Of a stretch of 64,000 bases of DNA, positions 32,560-44,200 are shown piece by piece. The notes under the pieces were generated by a model. That model had not been told where the DNA came from. It saw only the letters and a list, made by a program, of their open reading frames with translations, and did not search any database. The stretch's first letter is position 1, and each line of letters begins with the position of its first letter. The position numbers and the translations under genes were made by a program. The DNA is from an uncultured delta proteobacterium (GTDB lineage: Bacteria; Desulfobacterota; Desulfomonilia; UBA1062): assembly GCA_963798485.1 (NCBI GenBank), contig CAWCTR010000009.1:1-64000 (forward strand), given 5' to 3'.

Positions 32560-33366
32560 TCATAAAGTAAAAGGACGATAAGATTTTGAACGAGCAAAAA
32601 GTCTTATATACCCACAGACAGTTCGAGTAATCCTCATCTTTGTCTTCCCTTTACGAAAGGAAAAATCAAGCATCATAGGAACTTCGACTATCCTAGCATT
32701 GATTTTGGATAGTTTTATAAGTATCTCAACTGCACATTCAAAACCCGATGATTCTATAATTCGTACTCCATAATGACTCTGTAGTTTTTTCAAAATGTGC
32801 CCATTATATAGCCGGTAAAAACTGCTGAGAGTATGTATTCCCCATAATCCCAAAATGCATCGAGCAAGGATATTCGCAGCGTGGCTGAGAAAGAGACGAT
32901 GCAACGCTACATGAGACATCTTCCCACCAGGGGAATATGGGCTTGCCAGTATTACTTCAGCTCCTTGACGAGCCTTCTCAAGCATGGAATGTAAAAGTTC
33001 AAGTTGTGAGGTGTTGTCGCCTTCCATGGTCAATACCCAATCATTATCTTCAAGCATGTCTGCTAGATAAGCGAATGACGTGCCGAAGGCCGCACCAGGA
33101 CCTTGGTTTACTTCATGGTTGAGAATGACGAGAGAATCACCAAGAGCATTTCCTTGAAATCGAGGCACTGTATCATCGGTACTTCCATCATTTACTATTA
33201 CATATCGTGTCTCAAATTCATGATCCAATAAACTCTTTATATCTTTTAGACCTTGGCAAAGCCGATCGATATTTGCTGATTCATTGAAGACAGGGATAAC
33301 CACATATAGCCGTGGAACATTCTGTTTTGCTTCGCCTTGAACTGATCGGGGATGATCGGCACTCAA
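32560..33366 (-). CDS. GT2 polyprenol-phosphate glycosyltransferase (DPM-synthase-like)
   Basis: VVIPVFNE, VNDGSTD, NQGPGAA, VEVPM. Confidence 0.88.
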   Translation of the reverse strand: MSADHPRSVQGEAKQNVPRLYVVIPVFNESANIDRLCQGLKDIKSLLDHEFETRYVIVNDGSTDDTVPRFQGNALGDSLVILNHEVNQGPGAAFGTSFAYLADMLEDNDWVLTMEGDNTSQLELLHSMLEKARQGAEVILASPYSPGGKMSHVALHRLFLSHAANILARCILGLWGIHTLSSFYRLYNGHILKKLQSHYGVRIIESSGFECAVEILIKLSKINARIVEVPMMLDFSFRKGKTKMRITRTVCGYIRLFARSKSYRPFTL

Positions 33367-34364
33367 ATCTGTCCCCTTTCTCTCAACTCCTGATATTTGA
33401 CTTGAACTGTTGTTTTCACAGCTTCGTGGAGACGGAAGCGGGGTTCATAATCCAGTAAAAGCCTTGCCTTGGATAGGTCAGGCAATCTTCGCATGATGTC
33501 TTTATACTGACCAAAGATAGTAGAAAATGGAACAAAATTAATTTTCAGTTCACGCTTCAGATCAGTTTCTCTATTGATCACGTCCACAATCAACCGGGCA
33601 CTGTCCAATACGCTTACCTCTTCATCGTTGCCAAGATTTATAATATGGCCTATCGCCTGTTCTCTCCCAATAGCCGCTATTGTGCCACGAATCAGGTCAC
33701 GAATGTCGGCCATGGACCTGGTCTGGGTGCCGTCCCCATGGATATTCACTGGCTCATCCCTCAAAACCGCATCAATAAATATTGGGATATGTCCGCCACT
33801 CCAGCTAAAGCTGGATCGAGGACTGAAACCGCCAAAATAGCGCAAGATCACAGTCGGAACTTTTTCATCCTTGTAATATGCAAAGGCCAGTTGCTCGTCA
33901 TAGAGCTTGGATACAGCATAAGCCCAACGCTTTATCATTGAGGGGCCAAGAATCAGGTCATTGTCTTCTGCATGGGGTATGGGTGCCATGCCATACACGT
34001 CTGATGTAGATGCAAATACAACCTTACACCTCCACATTCTGGCTATCTCAAACACATTTTCTGTTCCACGGCTGTTTACACGGAGAGTGTGAAGGCTGGC
34101 ATCGTCTTCCCCGCTTTTCTTCATTGCAGCTAGATGTACAATAATGTCTGCACCACAACTTAATATTTTTAAGGCTTCAACATCCAAAACATCTACCCGA
34201 TAAAAGCTAAACCGGTCACTCTTCAAAGCCTGTTCAATATTTTCCATATGTCCAAAAGATAGGTTATCCACACCCACAACAGAGACATCCTCATTCTGGA
34301 TCAATTCATCCACCAGGTGCGACCCAATCATACCAGCACAACCAGTCACCACAATTTTTTTCAT
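33363..34364 (-). CDS. NAD-dependent epimerase/dehydratase (UDP-glucuronate decarboxylase-like)
   Basis: TGCAGMIG, ASTSDVYG, YAVSK, GDGTQTR. Confidence 0.88.
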   Translation of the reverse strand: MKKIVVTGCAGMIGSHLVDELIQNEDVSVVGVDNLSFGHMENIEQALKSDRFSFYRVDVLDVEALKILSCGADIIVHLAAMKKSGEDDASLHTLRVNSRGTENVFEIARMWRCKVVFASTSDVYGMAPIPHAEDNDLILGPSMIKRWAYAVSKLYDEQLAFAYYKDEKVPTVILRYFGGFSPRSSFSWSGGHIPIFIDAVLRDEPVNIHGDGTQTRSMADIRDLIRGTIAAIGREQAIGHIINLGNDEEVSVLDSARLIVDVINRETDLKRELKINFVPFSTIFGQYKDIMRRLPDLSKARLLLDYEPRFRLHEAVKTTVQVKYQELRERGQI

Positions 34365-34434
34365 GCTCAGATAACCTCCTATAATTTAAATCCTAAATGA
34401 ACTGAGATTTGATAATACCATACTATGAATCAAA

Positions 34435-34494
34435 CTAAAACTTCCGGTCGCCTAAAGGCGAGGGGTTTCAACCATCCCCGATAGAGACACTAAA
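34435..34494. mobile_element. Possible IS200/IS605-type end remnant
   Basis: GC-richer hairpins tcgcc-taaa-ggcga and gggg...cccc in an AT-rich spacer; no transposase. Confidence 0.3.
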
Positions 34495-34564
34495 TGCCCT
34501 TGTTATTCCTATGGATATATTTAAAGTAGTCATAAACTAGCTCGTTAATCCATTATGGTAATTA

Positions 34565-35707
34565 TTATAACCTTGCTATACTGTTCCCTTCCTCCGTTAT
34601 GCTTTCTTGTGAATGTAATCCCGTCTTCACTATGTTCACTCCTATCAACCAGGAAGATAATACCCCAAGCAAGATGAGTGGAATTATCTGGAAGAAATGA
34701 AAGGTGAGCGTCAATCCTGCTGCTTCTATCTTAGGGACTCCGAAGATCATTAAGCCATAGATGCCTCCAACCTCCCAGATGCCCCAATATCCTGGAACCG
34801 ATGGCAGCATAATGAAGAAGCACATGATGATCATTGAAGCAGATGCCTGGAGAAAAGTGATGTTTACCCCTTTACAACCAAGGACTAACACATAAAATGA
34901 GAAGAAGTTGAGAATCCATACACAGACTGAGAGTAGAAGGCAGGCAACAATCATATAGGGATTCTTGAGGACTTCAAATCCCATAGCAAGGTTGTCGAGG
35001 ATGACATGAGAACTTACATGGAGCCTCTCAGAAAGGTGCTGTCTGAAGTGAGAAGTTGTGAAGAAGAGTAATCGAGGCAGCCAGGAAATAAAGCGGCTAA
35101 TTACCCGCCTAGTAATGGGCAGCATAAACATAAATATAATACCCAATAAGGTAATACCGGCTAGAATCGTCTTTCCCTTTATGTCCAGAAGAGTCTTTTT
35201 GTTTATCTGGTAGCTGTCTAAGGTAAGACTTAAAGTTGGGTTAATTTGAATGCCGTTCATGATGAAGATAAAGATGCACAGCAATATCACTATATCAAAG
35301 ATCCTTTCTACAGCTACAGTAGCAAATACTTTGGAGAAATCAATCTTGTCCCTTTTGTATAGGATGGCTGGTCTTGCAAACTCGCCCATACGACCTGGGA
35401 GCAGGCAGTTGATAGTGAATGCAATAACAACCGGATGGAGCGCATGCCAGTAGCTTATTTTCTTAATTGGTCTCAAGATAATCTTCCATCTCAACCCTCT
35501 TACTAGATATGTGGAAAGAGCTAAGAGCGTTGAAGGGATGATCCACCAGAAATTGATGGCTTTGATATAGTCCAAGAGTTGTGCAAGTGGGACATTTCTG
35601 AACGAAATGTATATTGCCGCACATGAGAAGACAATGCCAATCAAAAGTGAAAGAATTATTTTATGGTTTTTTTGCATGTACCCTGAGCTTACTGCAGTGC
35701 ATAGCAA
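34565..35707 (-). CDS. Lysylphosphatidylglycerol synthase TM / flippase-like protein
   Basis: RGLRWKIIL, NCLLPGRMGEFAR, ERIFD, PSVPGYWGIWE; true start may be slightly downstream. Confidence 0.85.
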   Translation of the reverse strand: MLCTAVSSGYMQKNHKIILSLLIGIVFSCAAIYISFRNVPLAQLLDYIKAINFWWIIPSTLLALSTYLVRGLRWKIILRPIKKISYWHALHPVVIAFTINCLLPGRMGEFARPAILYKRDKIDFSKVFATVAVERIFDIVILLCIFIFIMNGIQINPTLSLTLDSYQINKKTLLDIKGKTILAGITLLGIIFMFMLPITRRVISRFISWLPRLLFFTTSHFRQHLSERLHVSSHVILDNLAMGFEVLKNPYMIVACLLLSVCVWILNFFSFYVLVLGCKGVNITFLQASASMIIMCFFIMLPSVPGYWGIWEVGGIYGLMIFGVPKIEAAGLTLTFHFFQIIPLILLGVLSSWLIGVNIVKTGLHSQESITEEGNSIARL

Positions 35708-36112
35708 TTATCCTAATCAAACAATCCCAGTTACTTCATCATCCTCCTAAATTCCAAATGATCTGTTTATTTACATAATATATTGAATTATTTTTATGAG
35801 TATATCATGAGCTATATCCAAGATCTATTTCAAAGTGTACATAAATGCTAAAGATTGGCGGCCTCAACCTCTTACTATCAATCGTAAAGTTCTTCGACCA
35901 AAGCTGATAACGGAATCTTTAGTTTTTCTTTAAGTTTTTCTTTAAGATTTTCTAAAATGTTATGCACCAGTATCGATACTGTGAGCATGATGTTTTACTA
36001 AAATAGATCTCTGTCGATGTTGTTGAATTAATTAAATTCAGGTATATCTCTCTTTAATTGCATTAAATTGTATCTTTGATAAAGTATAGTATTTTTTACA
36101 GAGATTCTTATC

Positions 36113-38380
36113 ATGAATAAATTGACCTCAAGCCAGCCTCTAATCTTTTCCATTGGGATGATTCTTTTTATCGTAACGGCCATATTAGGTTGGATAAAGC
36201 TTCAATATGGCTTTAATTTTACCGATGAAGGCTATTATATGACAGAAAGCTGGCGACTTGCTGCTGGCGATCATTTTCTAAAAGACAAAATCACAGGAGT
36301 TCTTACATTATATACCTTAGTTAACAGTATAATATTTAAGATATATCCTTGTATTACTCTTCTGGAGATCAGGAAGTTGCAATTTTTTTTAACGATATTT
36401 TCTGTTATAATATTCAGCGTTTCATTATTTAAAATCACAGGTGAATATTGGTATCTCCCTCTTATCTTCTCTCTCTATGCCTTCACCGGGCTTAATCCTC
36501 TTTGTTCTCTTCCCAATTTATCGTATCAAACATACCCCCATTTATTCATTACCCTTCACCTTTCCTTTTTTATCCTTGGGATAATTCAAGGGAATACCCT
36601 CATAAGATATGTACTGCTGATAATATCAGGTATTTTTCTCTGGGCTATATCTTTTACTGTGCCTCACCTGAGCCTCATTATTTCATCACCTTTGTTCGTA
36701 TACCTATTCATCAGGTATAGCGGCTCAAGTCTCTACAAATATACTGTAAAAGATTTCATATTTATTACAACACCAATCGTACTAGGCTGGGTACTATTCA
36801 TTGGATATTACAATACATTATATGTGCAGAATCTCATAACATCTATTAAACTTCTTTTATCGACCCCGGCACACTCTTCAAAGTCTCTTATTAATCTGAA
36901 TTGGCAGAAATTGGTCACTATCGGAATAACGCTATTATATCTAATATTCCTTCTCGTTTTGATAAGGAAGGCAAGATCTAATAAAGTTGTAGTTACTGGT
37001 ATATTCGCAGCATCACTTATAATGTATTATATTATAAATACTTCATTCTGGAACCAGCCTGAAGTAATTTTTTGGTTTTACAGTCGCCCCATGTGGCTAG
37101 CAGCATTGTTGATCTCGTTTTTCATTCTTTTCATTTTGAAAATAGTTTTTACTCTCTTTCGCAAGTTAAAATTTCATGACATCGAAGTATCAGGGGTAAT
37201 AATACTCATTCCGGTTTTATTATTGATAGTAAGTAGTAGTATCTGTGGAGCTTTAGGTATCTTATCAATATTACAAAATTCAATACCTGCATTGGCTTCA
37301 TTTTCAATTGTCTTTCTAGCTTATACAAGATCAAAGGCGAAGTCTTTGGGTTATAATGCCCTTGTTCTCGTGATGATATTAGCTCCTTTCTATGGATCCA
37401 TCATATATAATAACTGGATTTATAATTATGATGACGTATTAACAAAAGATATCAATGCAGAAATTGATAAAGGATTCGGTATGGGTATTAAAACTAATAA
37501 CATCTATAAAGGCCTGTATGATTGGATTGCAACTACAACAGAGACCTACACTAAACCCAATGATTTTATCATATCATATGTAAACTCTCCCATGGTTCAT
37601 ATGATTGCCAAAAGGAGACCTTCCTTAGATGATACTTATATCCAATACACCGAAAAACCATATGGATATTATGAAAATGCACTAATGAAGATGCATGAGC
37701 TCAAACGCGAACCCAGATTAGTATTTATCTTTTATTCACCACCAGAAATGGTACCTAATAATCCACAATACATTGAAGAAACAGGAATAAAACCCAGAGT
37801 TAATTATTTTAGGGCAGGAAGACAAATAGAATCTTTAATCCCTGCACGAGATCCAATCACTAATTATGTAATAAATCATATGTACTTTTTGGAAAAGTAT
37901 AACCTCTTCGATGATATGTATGCATTATGCTATGTGGATAACCTTGAATCTGTCATAACAGTTTTGAACAGACAATTAAATCAACAACCCAATAATCCTG
38001 ACATTTATTATAAAATCGGTTTGTTGTGGAAGCAGAAGAAAGAGGTGGACAGAGCGCTACGATATTTTATCAAGTCAAACGAAATAGCTCCCAACAATAA
38101 ATCAGTATATCAAATTGTATCAATCTATTCCTCACAGGGCGGTTATGAGGATGCACTCTTGTATCTGAGAAAATTATACAAACTACAACCTGAAAACCCT
38201 GAAATATCATATAACATTGCTTGTATAAAGGCCAAACAAGGCTTAGTTGATGATGCAACTTCCTGGCTTAAAACAGCTGTTGAGAAAGGTTTTCATAACT
38301 GGGATCTGATCAAGAATGACCCTGACCTTGCTAACATCAGAAACACTGCTTTTATAAATGAATTGTTAAAAAATCATTAA
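36113..38380 (+). CDS. Polytopic GT-C-like membrane protein with C-terminal TPR domain
   Basis: GFNFTDEGYY after first TM, many TMs, TPRs ending YNIAC...DPDLANIR. Confidence 0.65.
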   Translation: MNKLTSSQPLIFSIGMILFIVTAILGWIKLQYGFNFTDEGYYMTESWRLAAGDHFLKDKITGVLTLYTLVNSIIFKIYPCITLLEIRKLQFFLTIFSVIIFSVSLFKITGEYWYLPLIFSLYAFTGLNPLCSLPNLSYQTYPHLFITLHLSFFILGIIQGNTLIRYVLLIISGIFLWAISFTVPHLSLIISSPLFVYLFIRYSGSSLYKYTVKDFIFITTPIVLGWVLFIGYYNTLYVQNLITSIKLLLSTPAHSSKSLINLNWQKLVTIGITLLYLIFLLVLIRKARSNKVVVTGIFAASLIMYYIINTSFWNQPEVIFWFYSRPMWLAALLISFFILFILKIVFTLFRKLKFHDIEVSGVIILIPVLLLIVSSSICGALGILSILQNSIPALASFSIVFLAYTRSKAKSLGYNALVLVMILAPFYGSIIYNNWIYNYDDVLTKDINAEIDKGFGMGIKTNNIYKGLYDWIATTTETYTKPNDFIISYVNSPMVHMIAKRRPSLDDTYIQYTEKPYGYYENALMKMHELKREPRLVFIFYSPPEMVPNNPQYIEETGIKPRVNYFRAGRQIESLIPARDPITNYVINHMYFLEKYNLFDDMYALCYVDNLESVITVLNRQLNQQPNNPDIYYKIGLLWKQKKEVDRALRYFIKSNEIAPNNKSVYQIVSIYSSQGGYEDALLYLRKLYKLQPENPEISYNIACIKAKQGLVDDATSWLKTAVEKGFHNWDLIKNDPDLANIRNTAFINELLKNH

Positions 38381-38440
38381 GTTCTTTTATGAAGAATAAC
38401 TGTAGATCTCTGCGATAAATACGTACTTTTTACAGGGCTC

Positions 38441-38498
38441 AAAAACCGTTGATAATGTGAATCAGCAAAAAAAACCGTTGATAATGTGCCATCAGCAA
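38441..38498. repeat. Tandem ~28-bp direct repeat near the island edge
   Basis: aaaaaccgttgataatgtgaatcagcaa followed by aaaaaccgttgataatgtgccatcagcaa. Confidence 0.75.
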
Positions 38499-38689
38499 CG
38501 ATTCACCAATTTTGATGATTTCATTCGAAGACCTCTCCTCGGGGATCTGTGAGACAAAGTATAGATTCCTATAAGCACCTGAAGCATAAGCGTGAATATA
38601 GATCTGTAATAGTTGGACACTTTCATATCGGTCTGAAAAGTAAAGGTTCTCGAATGCAATCTATGCCCAGGAGCATAGTATATCAAAGA

Positions 38690-39201
38690 TCTGGAGGCAT
38701 AGGTTGCTGCATGCCTTCTTAAATCATGAGGCCTGAGAGCAATGCCCACCAACTCCCCTGCTTTGTGAACTACTGCCCGGGCGCCGACATACGTGATAGG
38801 AAAGATGCGCTTATTTGGCTCTATTCTTATGAGATTGATATACTCTTTCAGTCTTTCAGCGAGCTTCTGGGGAATGTATACCAGTTCGTGTTCTTTCCCG
38901 ATTTTCGGATCTCTCAAAATCAATTTCTGATCAAGTATATCTACTGGAGTCAGCTTAAAAACCTCACTTATCCTCATTCCTCCCCGTGCCATCAGTTCTA
39001 ACATAAGACGATTTCTCGGACTGGTTGTTCTGAAAATCACCTCATCAACTATTCCCTTGTCGAAGATAGAGAATTCATATCTCTGTCTTCAAAATGGTCA
39101 TGTAACTTCTTCAGAATAAATTCATAGGCTCTCACAGTATTACTTCTGGAATTTGACTTGTGGTACTCCAAACAAACCTTGATACTTTGCGATAATAACA
39201 T
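38690..39201 (-). pseudogene. Tyrosine recombinase/integrase pseudogene
   Basis: ATG 39201 MLLSQSIKVCLEYHKSNSRSNTVRAYEFIL, then an internal deletion/frameshift, then ARGGMRISE and HDLRRHAATYASRS; the final His/Tyr region is missing. Confidence 0.8.
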
Positions 39202-39229
39202 GATACACCCCCAACAATGTTTTCTGTGC

Positions 39230-39527
39230 GCAGCCCGTATCCCAATTCACATTACCCGTCGACAGAAAGTGATTGAAGCATTCAATACCACCTGGAAAAT
39301 CAAGATACTGGTTACCGAATCCCAGACCGATTCCGCCACCCCGGCAGCCGCAAGATCTTTCATCGAATACCGCTGTTCTCCCTTTTGCCGCACTGGCCAG
39401 CATCCACATGACACAGCCCCAGTTGCCTTCCTTAAACCCCCAAGGCCTTTTCCGGCTTTTCATCGGCCCAGAGGATGGCCACAGGCGGATACTTAGCCCT
39501 GAGTGCCTCGGCGATTCTGCTCTTCAT
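39230..39527 (-). pseudogene. DUF169-like gene, frameshifted and 3'-truncated
   Basis: MKSRIAEALRAKYPPVAILWADEKP, frameshift at G5 run 39437-39441, then WGCVM...GCRGGGIGLGFG; ends at the integrase leader. Confidence 0.6.
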
Positions 39528-39530
39528 TAT

Positions 39531-39790
39531 TCATCCCTCCATTCGATTATTCCAATTTTGTTTCTCGGCTGGTGACTCGTCAACCCTTTCCAGAAAGGCC
39601 TCCCTGCGCTTCTTATCCCACCGGGAGCAAAAGGCAGGTTTACCACTCATGGTCCTTTGCATACACAGAGAGCAAGCGGGCTCACAGGTGACAATGGGAC
39701 CAGGCATGATTTCCTGGGCCTTTTTGGGCCAGAGGGGATCGGCCAGGAACACACGAGCAAGACTGATCACGTCGACGTCGGACGTACGTC
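39531..39790 (-). pseudogene. C-terminal remnant of NADH:flavin oxidoreductase (OYE family)
   Basis: DVISLARVFLADPLWPKKA...CEPACSLC matches the OYE C-terminal Fe-S segment; N-terminal barrel absent. Confidence 0.6.
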
Positions 39791-39834
39791 GTCATTTTAT
39801 CTCCCGCTATATTTCACTTCAGAGAGACATGGTC

Positions 39835-41244
39835 TTACTTGGCTCCTCCGCCTAATACCGTGTAAAGCCGTACCTGATTGTTGAGCTTCGCCAGGCGGAG
39901 CGCTACAAGCCCCTGCTGCGCCTCATAGAGGGATCGCTGGGCATCGAGGACGCCCAGGTAGTTATCTATCCCCTTTGTATACCGTGCATTGGAGAGGCGG
40001 TAGGTTTCAGATAGAGCATTGAGCAAGGATTCCTGCGCCGACAGTTGTTCTTTCACCGTGCCCAGCACGGCAAGGGCATCGGCCGTTTCCTTGAAGGCGG
40101 TCTGAATTGCCTTCTCGTATTGGGTCAAGGCGATTTCCCTATCTACTTTGCTCACCTTCAACGCAGGCCAGATCCGGGCGTCGAAAATCGGCATAGTGAT
40201 CTGGGGAGTGAACGTCCAAGCCCGCGAACCGGCTTTGAATAGCCCGGATAGCTCTTCGCTTGCAGTTCCGTACGTAGTCGTAAGGGCGATGTTGGGGAAG
40301 AAAGCCGCCCGGGCGGCTCCGATATTGGCATAAGTTCCTTTGAGCTGGTGTTCGGCCTGAAGGATGTCGGGGCGGCTAAGGAGTATCTCGGAGCCCATAC
40401 CCGGAGAAATCTCTCTAGGAAGGCTGACGTCGCTCAAATCAGACGGCAAAAGTGTGCCAGGCGCCGGCGAGCCGAGTAAAAGGTTCAAGGCGTTTTCATC
40501 TATCGCCACCAGCTGGATATAGCGGGCTATGTCTCCGCGGGCCGTATCCACTTGCGTTTGGGATTGGCGCAGGTCCAGTTCGTTCGCGATTCCCACCTCA
40601 TAACGTCGCTTTATCAACTCGTAGGCGGCCTGTTGTGTCTCCATCGTGGACCGCACCAGTTTGAGGGCCTCCCGGTCAGCAGCCAGAGTCAGATATGCCT
40701 GTGCTACCGCTGATACCAGCGAGATTTGTGCACTGCTGCGGGCCTCCTGGGTAGCCAGGTACTCCTCCAACGCTTGGTCTCTCAGGCTGCGGATGCGGCC
40801 GAAGAAGTCGATCTCCCAGGAACTGATGCCGAGATTGACCCCGTATTGACCATAGGTCATCTCGCTCCCGGTGGTAGAAAGATCGGCGGGTACACGCTGT
40901 CTTCCTCCACTTCCACCGGCATTGAGCGCAGGTAGAAGCTCGGCGCGCTGAATACCATACAACGCACGAGCCCTCTCAACATTCAAGGCGGCCAGGCGTA
41001 GATCGCGATTGTTGTTCAAGGCCGTCTCGATAAGCTTTTGAAGACGCTCATCAGTGAAGAACTCCCGCCACTTAAGCTCCGGCGCGACCGGGGCGCCGGT
41101 CGAAGCCTTGGGTTCACTATAGGCGGCGTTGCTCGGCCAATCGGCAGGGACGGGAGATGAAGGTCTCGTATATTTCGGGGCCAGCGTGCATCCACCCACA
41201 AGGGTTATTATGATACCCAGGAGAAGAAACAGGTTTCTCTTCAT
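39835..41244 (-). CDS. RND efflux outer-membrane lipoprotein (OprM/NodT)
   Basis: Lipobox VGGC, NNRDLR, SWEIDFFGR, RPDI, LGGG end. Confidence 0.95.
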   Translation of the reverse strand: MKRNLFLLLGIIITLVGGCTLAPKYTRPSSPVPADWPSNAAYSEPKASTGAPVAPELKWREFFTDERLQKLIETALNNNRDLRLAALNVERARALYGIQRAELLPALNAGGSGGRQRVPADLSTTGSEMTYGQYGVNLGISSWEIDFFGRIRSLRDQALEEYLATQEARSSAQISLVSAVAQAYLTLAADREALKLVRSTMETQQAAYELIKRRYEVGIANELDLRQSQTQVDTARGDIARYIQLVAIDENALNLLLGSPAPGTLLPSDLSDVSLPREISPGMGSEILLSRPDILQAEHQLKGTYANIGAARAAFFPNIALTTTYGTASEELSGLFKAGSRAWTFTPQITMPIFDARIWPALKVSKVDREIALTQYEKAIQTAFKETADALAVLGTVKEQLSAQESLLNALSETYRLSNARYTKGIDNYLGVLDAQRSLYEAQQGLVALRLAKLNNQVRLYTVLGGGAK

Positions 41245-41245
41245 A

Positions 41246-44200
41246 TCATTGATCCCCCCCTGATAGATTTACCCCGGCTGTCCCGGCTGATTCATGCTTC
41301 CTTTGTTTGCCGAAGGTCTTTTCGATCAGCACATAGAAGAGCGGTGCAAAAACAACCACCAGGATAGTGCCGGTGATCATCCCTCCCAGCACCGAGGTGC
41401 CGATGGCATTCATGGCCCCTGCTCCCGCGCCCGTGTTCAACGCCAGGGGCAGAACTCCGAAGCCGAAGGCCAGTGAGGTCATGACGATGGGTCGCAGTCT
41501 TAGTTTCGCGGCTTCCAGTGTCGCTTCAATCAGGCCCATGCCTTGTTCTACCCGGGCCTTGGCGAACTGGACGATGAGGATAGCGTTCTTGGTGGTCAGG
41601 CCGAGGGTGGTCAGGAGCCCGATCTGGAAATAAACATCATTGGGCAGTCCTCTAAGCGTTGAGCCGATCACGCCGCCGATGGCTCCCAGGGGAAGGACCA
41701 GCAGGATCGCGATGGGGATGGGCCAGCTCTCGTACAGCGCGGCCAGGCACAGAAAGATCACGAGGATGGAAAAAACGTAAAGGGGACCTGCTTGAGATCG
41801 GGTCATCCGTTCCTGGTAGGAAAGCGCGTTCCAGTCAAATCCGATTCCCTGCGGCAACTTCGAGACGATCTCTTCCATGGCCTGCATCGCCTCGCCGGAA
41901 CTCCTGCCGGGCGCCGGCTCGCCCCATATGTCGAGGGACGAAAAACCATTGAAGCGCTCCAGCCTCGGGGATCCGTTCGTCCAGCGGGTGGATGCAAAAG
42001 AGGTAAACGGCACCATATTCCCTGCCGTATTGCGCACGTAGAGTTTTTCCAGGTCCTTGGGCAGCATGCGGTAAGGCGCATCGGCCTGGGTGTACACCCT
42101 TTTCACCCGGCCACCCTGGATGAAGTTGTTGACATAGGCTCCGCCGAAGGCCGCCGAGATGGTGTCGTAGATAGAGGTAATGGGCAGCCCCTGGGCGCCC
42201 GCCTTTTCCCAGTCCACGTCAACCCGATATTGGGGTACATCTTCCATGCCGTTGGGGCGAACCCGGACCAATCTCGGGTCCTTGGCCGCCATGCCAAGGA
42301 GCTGGTTACGGGCGCTCATCAGGGCGGCATGACCTAGCCCGCCACGGTCCAGCAATTGGAAGTCAAACCCTGTGGCATTACCCATCTCGATGACGGGGGG
42401 AGGCGGGAAGACAAAGACTATGGCTTTGCGGGTTCTTGATAACGCCGCCATGGCCCGTCCGGCAACGGCCTTGACCTTCAAATCCGGCCGGTCGCGGAGC
42501 TTCCAATCCTTCAGCTTGACAAACACCATGCCGTTGTTCTGAGCTCTTCCGGAAAAGCCAGAGCCGGCAATGGTCATACAGGAGTCTACCGCATCTTTTT
42601 CATCCTCCAGAAAATAATGCTGGACATCAACCTCGACCGCCTGAGTCTGCTCCAGAGTGGCACCCGTCGGCAGGAGAACCTGGGCAAGCAGGATTCCCTG
42701 GTCTTCATCCGGGAGATAGCTTGTGGGCATCTTAGTAAACAAGAATCCCAGTCCTGCAACAATCAGGACAAAAACCGCGAGATACCGCAGTTTTCTGGAA
42801 AGCGCATGGCCGACCAGTTTCACATACTGGTTTCTTACCCCGAAAAAGACTCGGTCAAACCACAGGAAAAACGGGCGCAAGAAAAAGACAGCGCCCTCCG
42901 CCGCCTCATGCCCCTTGGCCACCGGCTTGAGAATGGAAGCGCAAAGCACGGGCGTCAGAATCAGGGCCACGGCCACCGACAACAGCATCGCCGCGGCGAT
43001 GGTCACGGAGAACTGGCGATAGATGACCCCGGTAGAGCCGCCGAAAAAGGCCATAGGGCCGAATACGGCGGACAGCACTAACCCGATGCCGATCAGGGCG
43101 CTGGTTATCTGGTCCATGGACTTTGCGGTGGCCTCTTTGGGGGGGAGGCCTTCCTCGCTCATGATGCGTTCGACGTTCTCCACCACCACGATGGCGTCGT
43201 CCACCAAAAGCCCAATGGCCAGCACCATGGCGAACATGGTCAGCATGTTGATCGTGAACCCGAACACCCCCAGCACGGCGAAAGTTCCCAGGATCACGAC
43301 CGGTACCGCGATAGTGGGGATCAGTGTGGCCCGGATGTTCCCCATGAACAGCCACATAACCAGGAAGACCAAGAGAATCGCCTCGAACAGGGTCTTAACC
43401 ACCTCCTCTATGGCCACCTTGACAAAAGGAGTGGTGTCATAGGGGTAGACAACCTTCATCCCCGGTGGGAAGTAATGGCGCATCTCTTCCAATTTGTTCT
43501 TGATGCGGTTTGCGGTATCCAGCGCGTTGGCGCCCGGTTCCAGCCGGATGGCCATGCCGGCGGCCGGTTTGCCATTGTAGAAGTTCTGCATGTCGTAAGT
43601 CTCAGTCCCCAGTTCCGTCCGTCCCACATCTTTGACCCGCACGATGGAGCCGTCCGGATTGGTGTGAAGGGGAACAGCGGCGAACTCCGCCGGGGTCTGG
43701 AGCAGGTTCTGGACAATGATGGAGACATTCAGACGCTGGCCTTTGACCGCCGGCGCCGCGCCGAACTGCCCGGCGGAGACTTCTACGTTGTAGGCCTGCA
43801 GCGCCTGAACCACATCGTCCACGGTCAGGTGGTAATCGGTGAGCTTGTCGGGGTTCAGCCAGACGCGCATCGCATACTGAGAGCCGAACTCCGTGATATC
43901 GCCGACTCCGGACACACGAGCCAGCACTTTTTCCAGGTTGGATTGGGCATAATCGCGCAGGTCGTTGCCGTCCATGCTTCCGTCTTCGGAAATCAGCCCC
44001 ACGATGATCAGGTAGTTCCGGGTGGATTTGCTGACCTGGACACCCATTTGCTGGACCACTTGAGGGAGGCTGGCCATAGCTAGCTGGAGCTTGTTCTGCA
44101 CTTTGGCCCAGGCGATGTTCGGATCGGTCCCCGGCTTGAACGTCAATTGGATATCGGAAGCGCCTGACGAATCGCTCGTGCCTGAAAGATACAGCATGTC

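Noticed and set aside
38441-38498. dif/Xer site or mini-CRISPR
   Set aside because: Only two adjacent copies with no spacer, and no XerD arm (TTATGTTAAAT-like).
38492-39040. Integrase as the active mobiliser of the rRNA-flanked cassette
   Set aside because: It is a pseudogene ~36 kb away and tied to a different island; nothing links it to the 23S junction.
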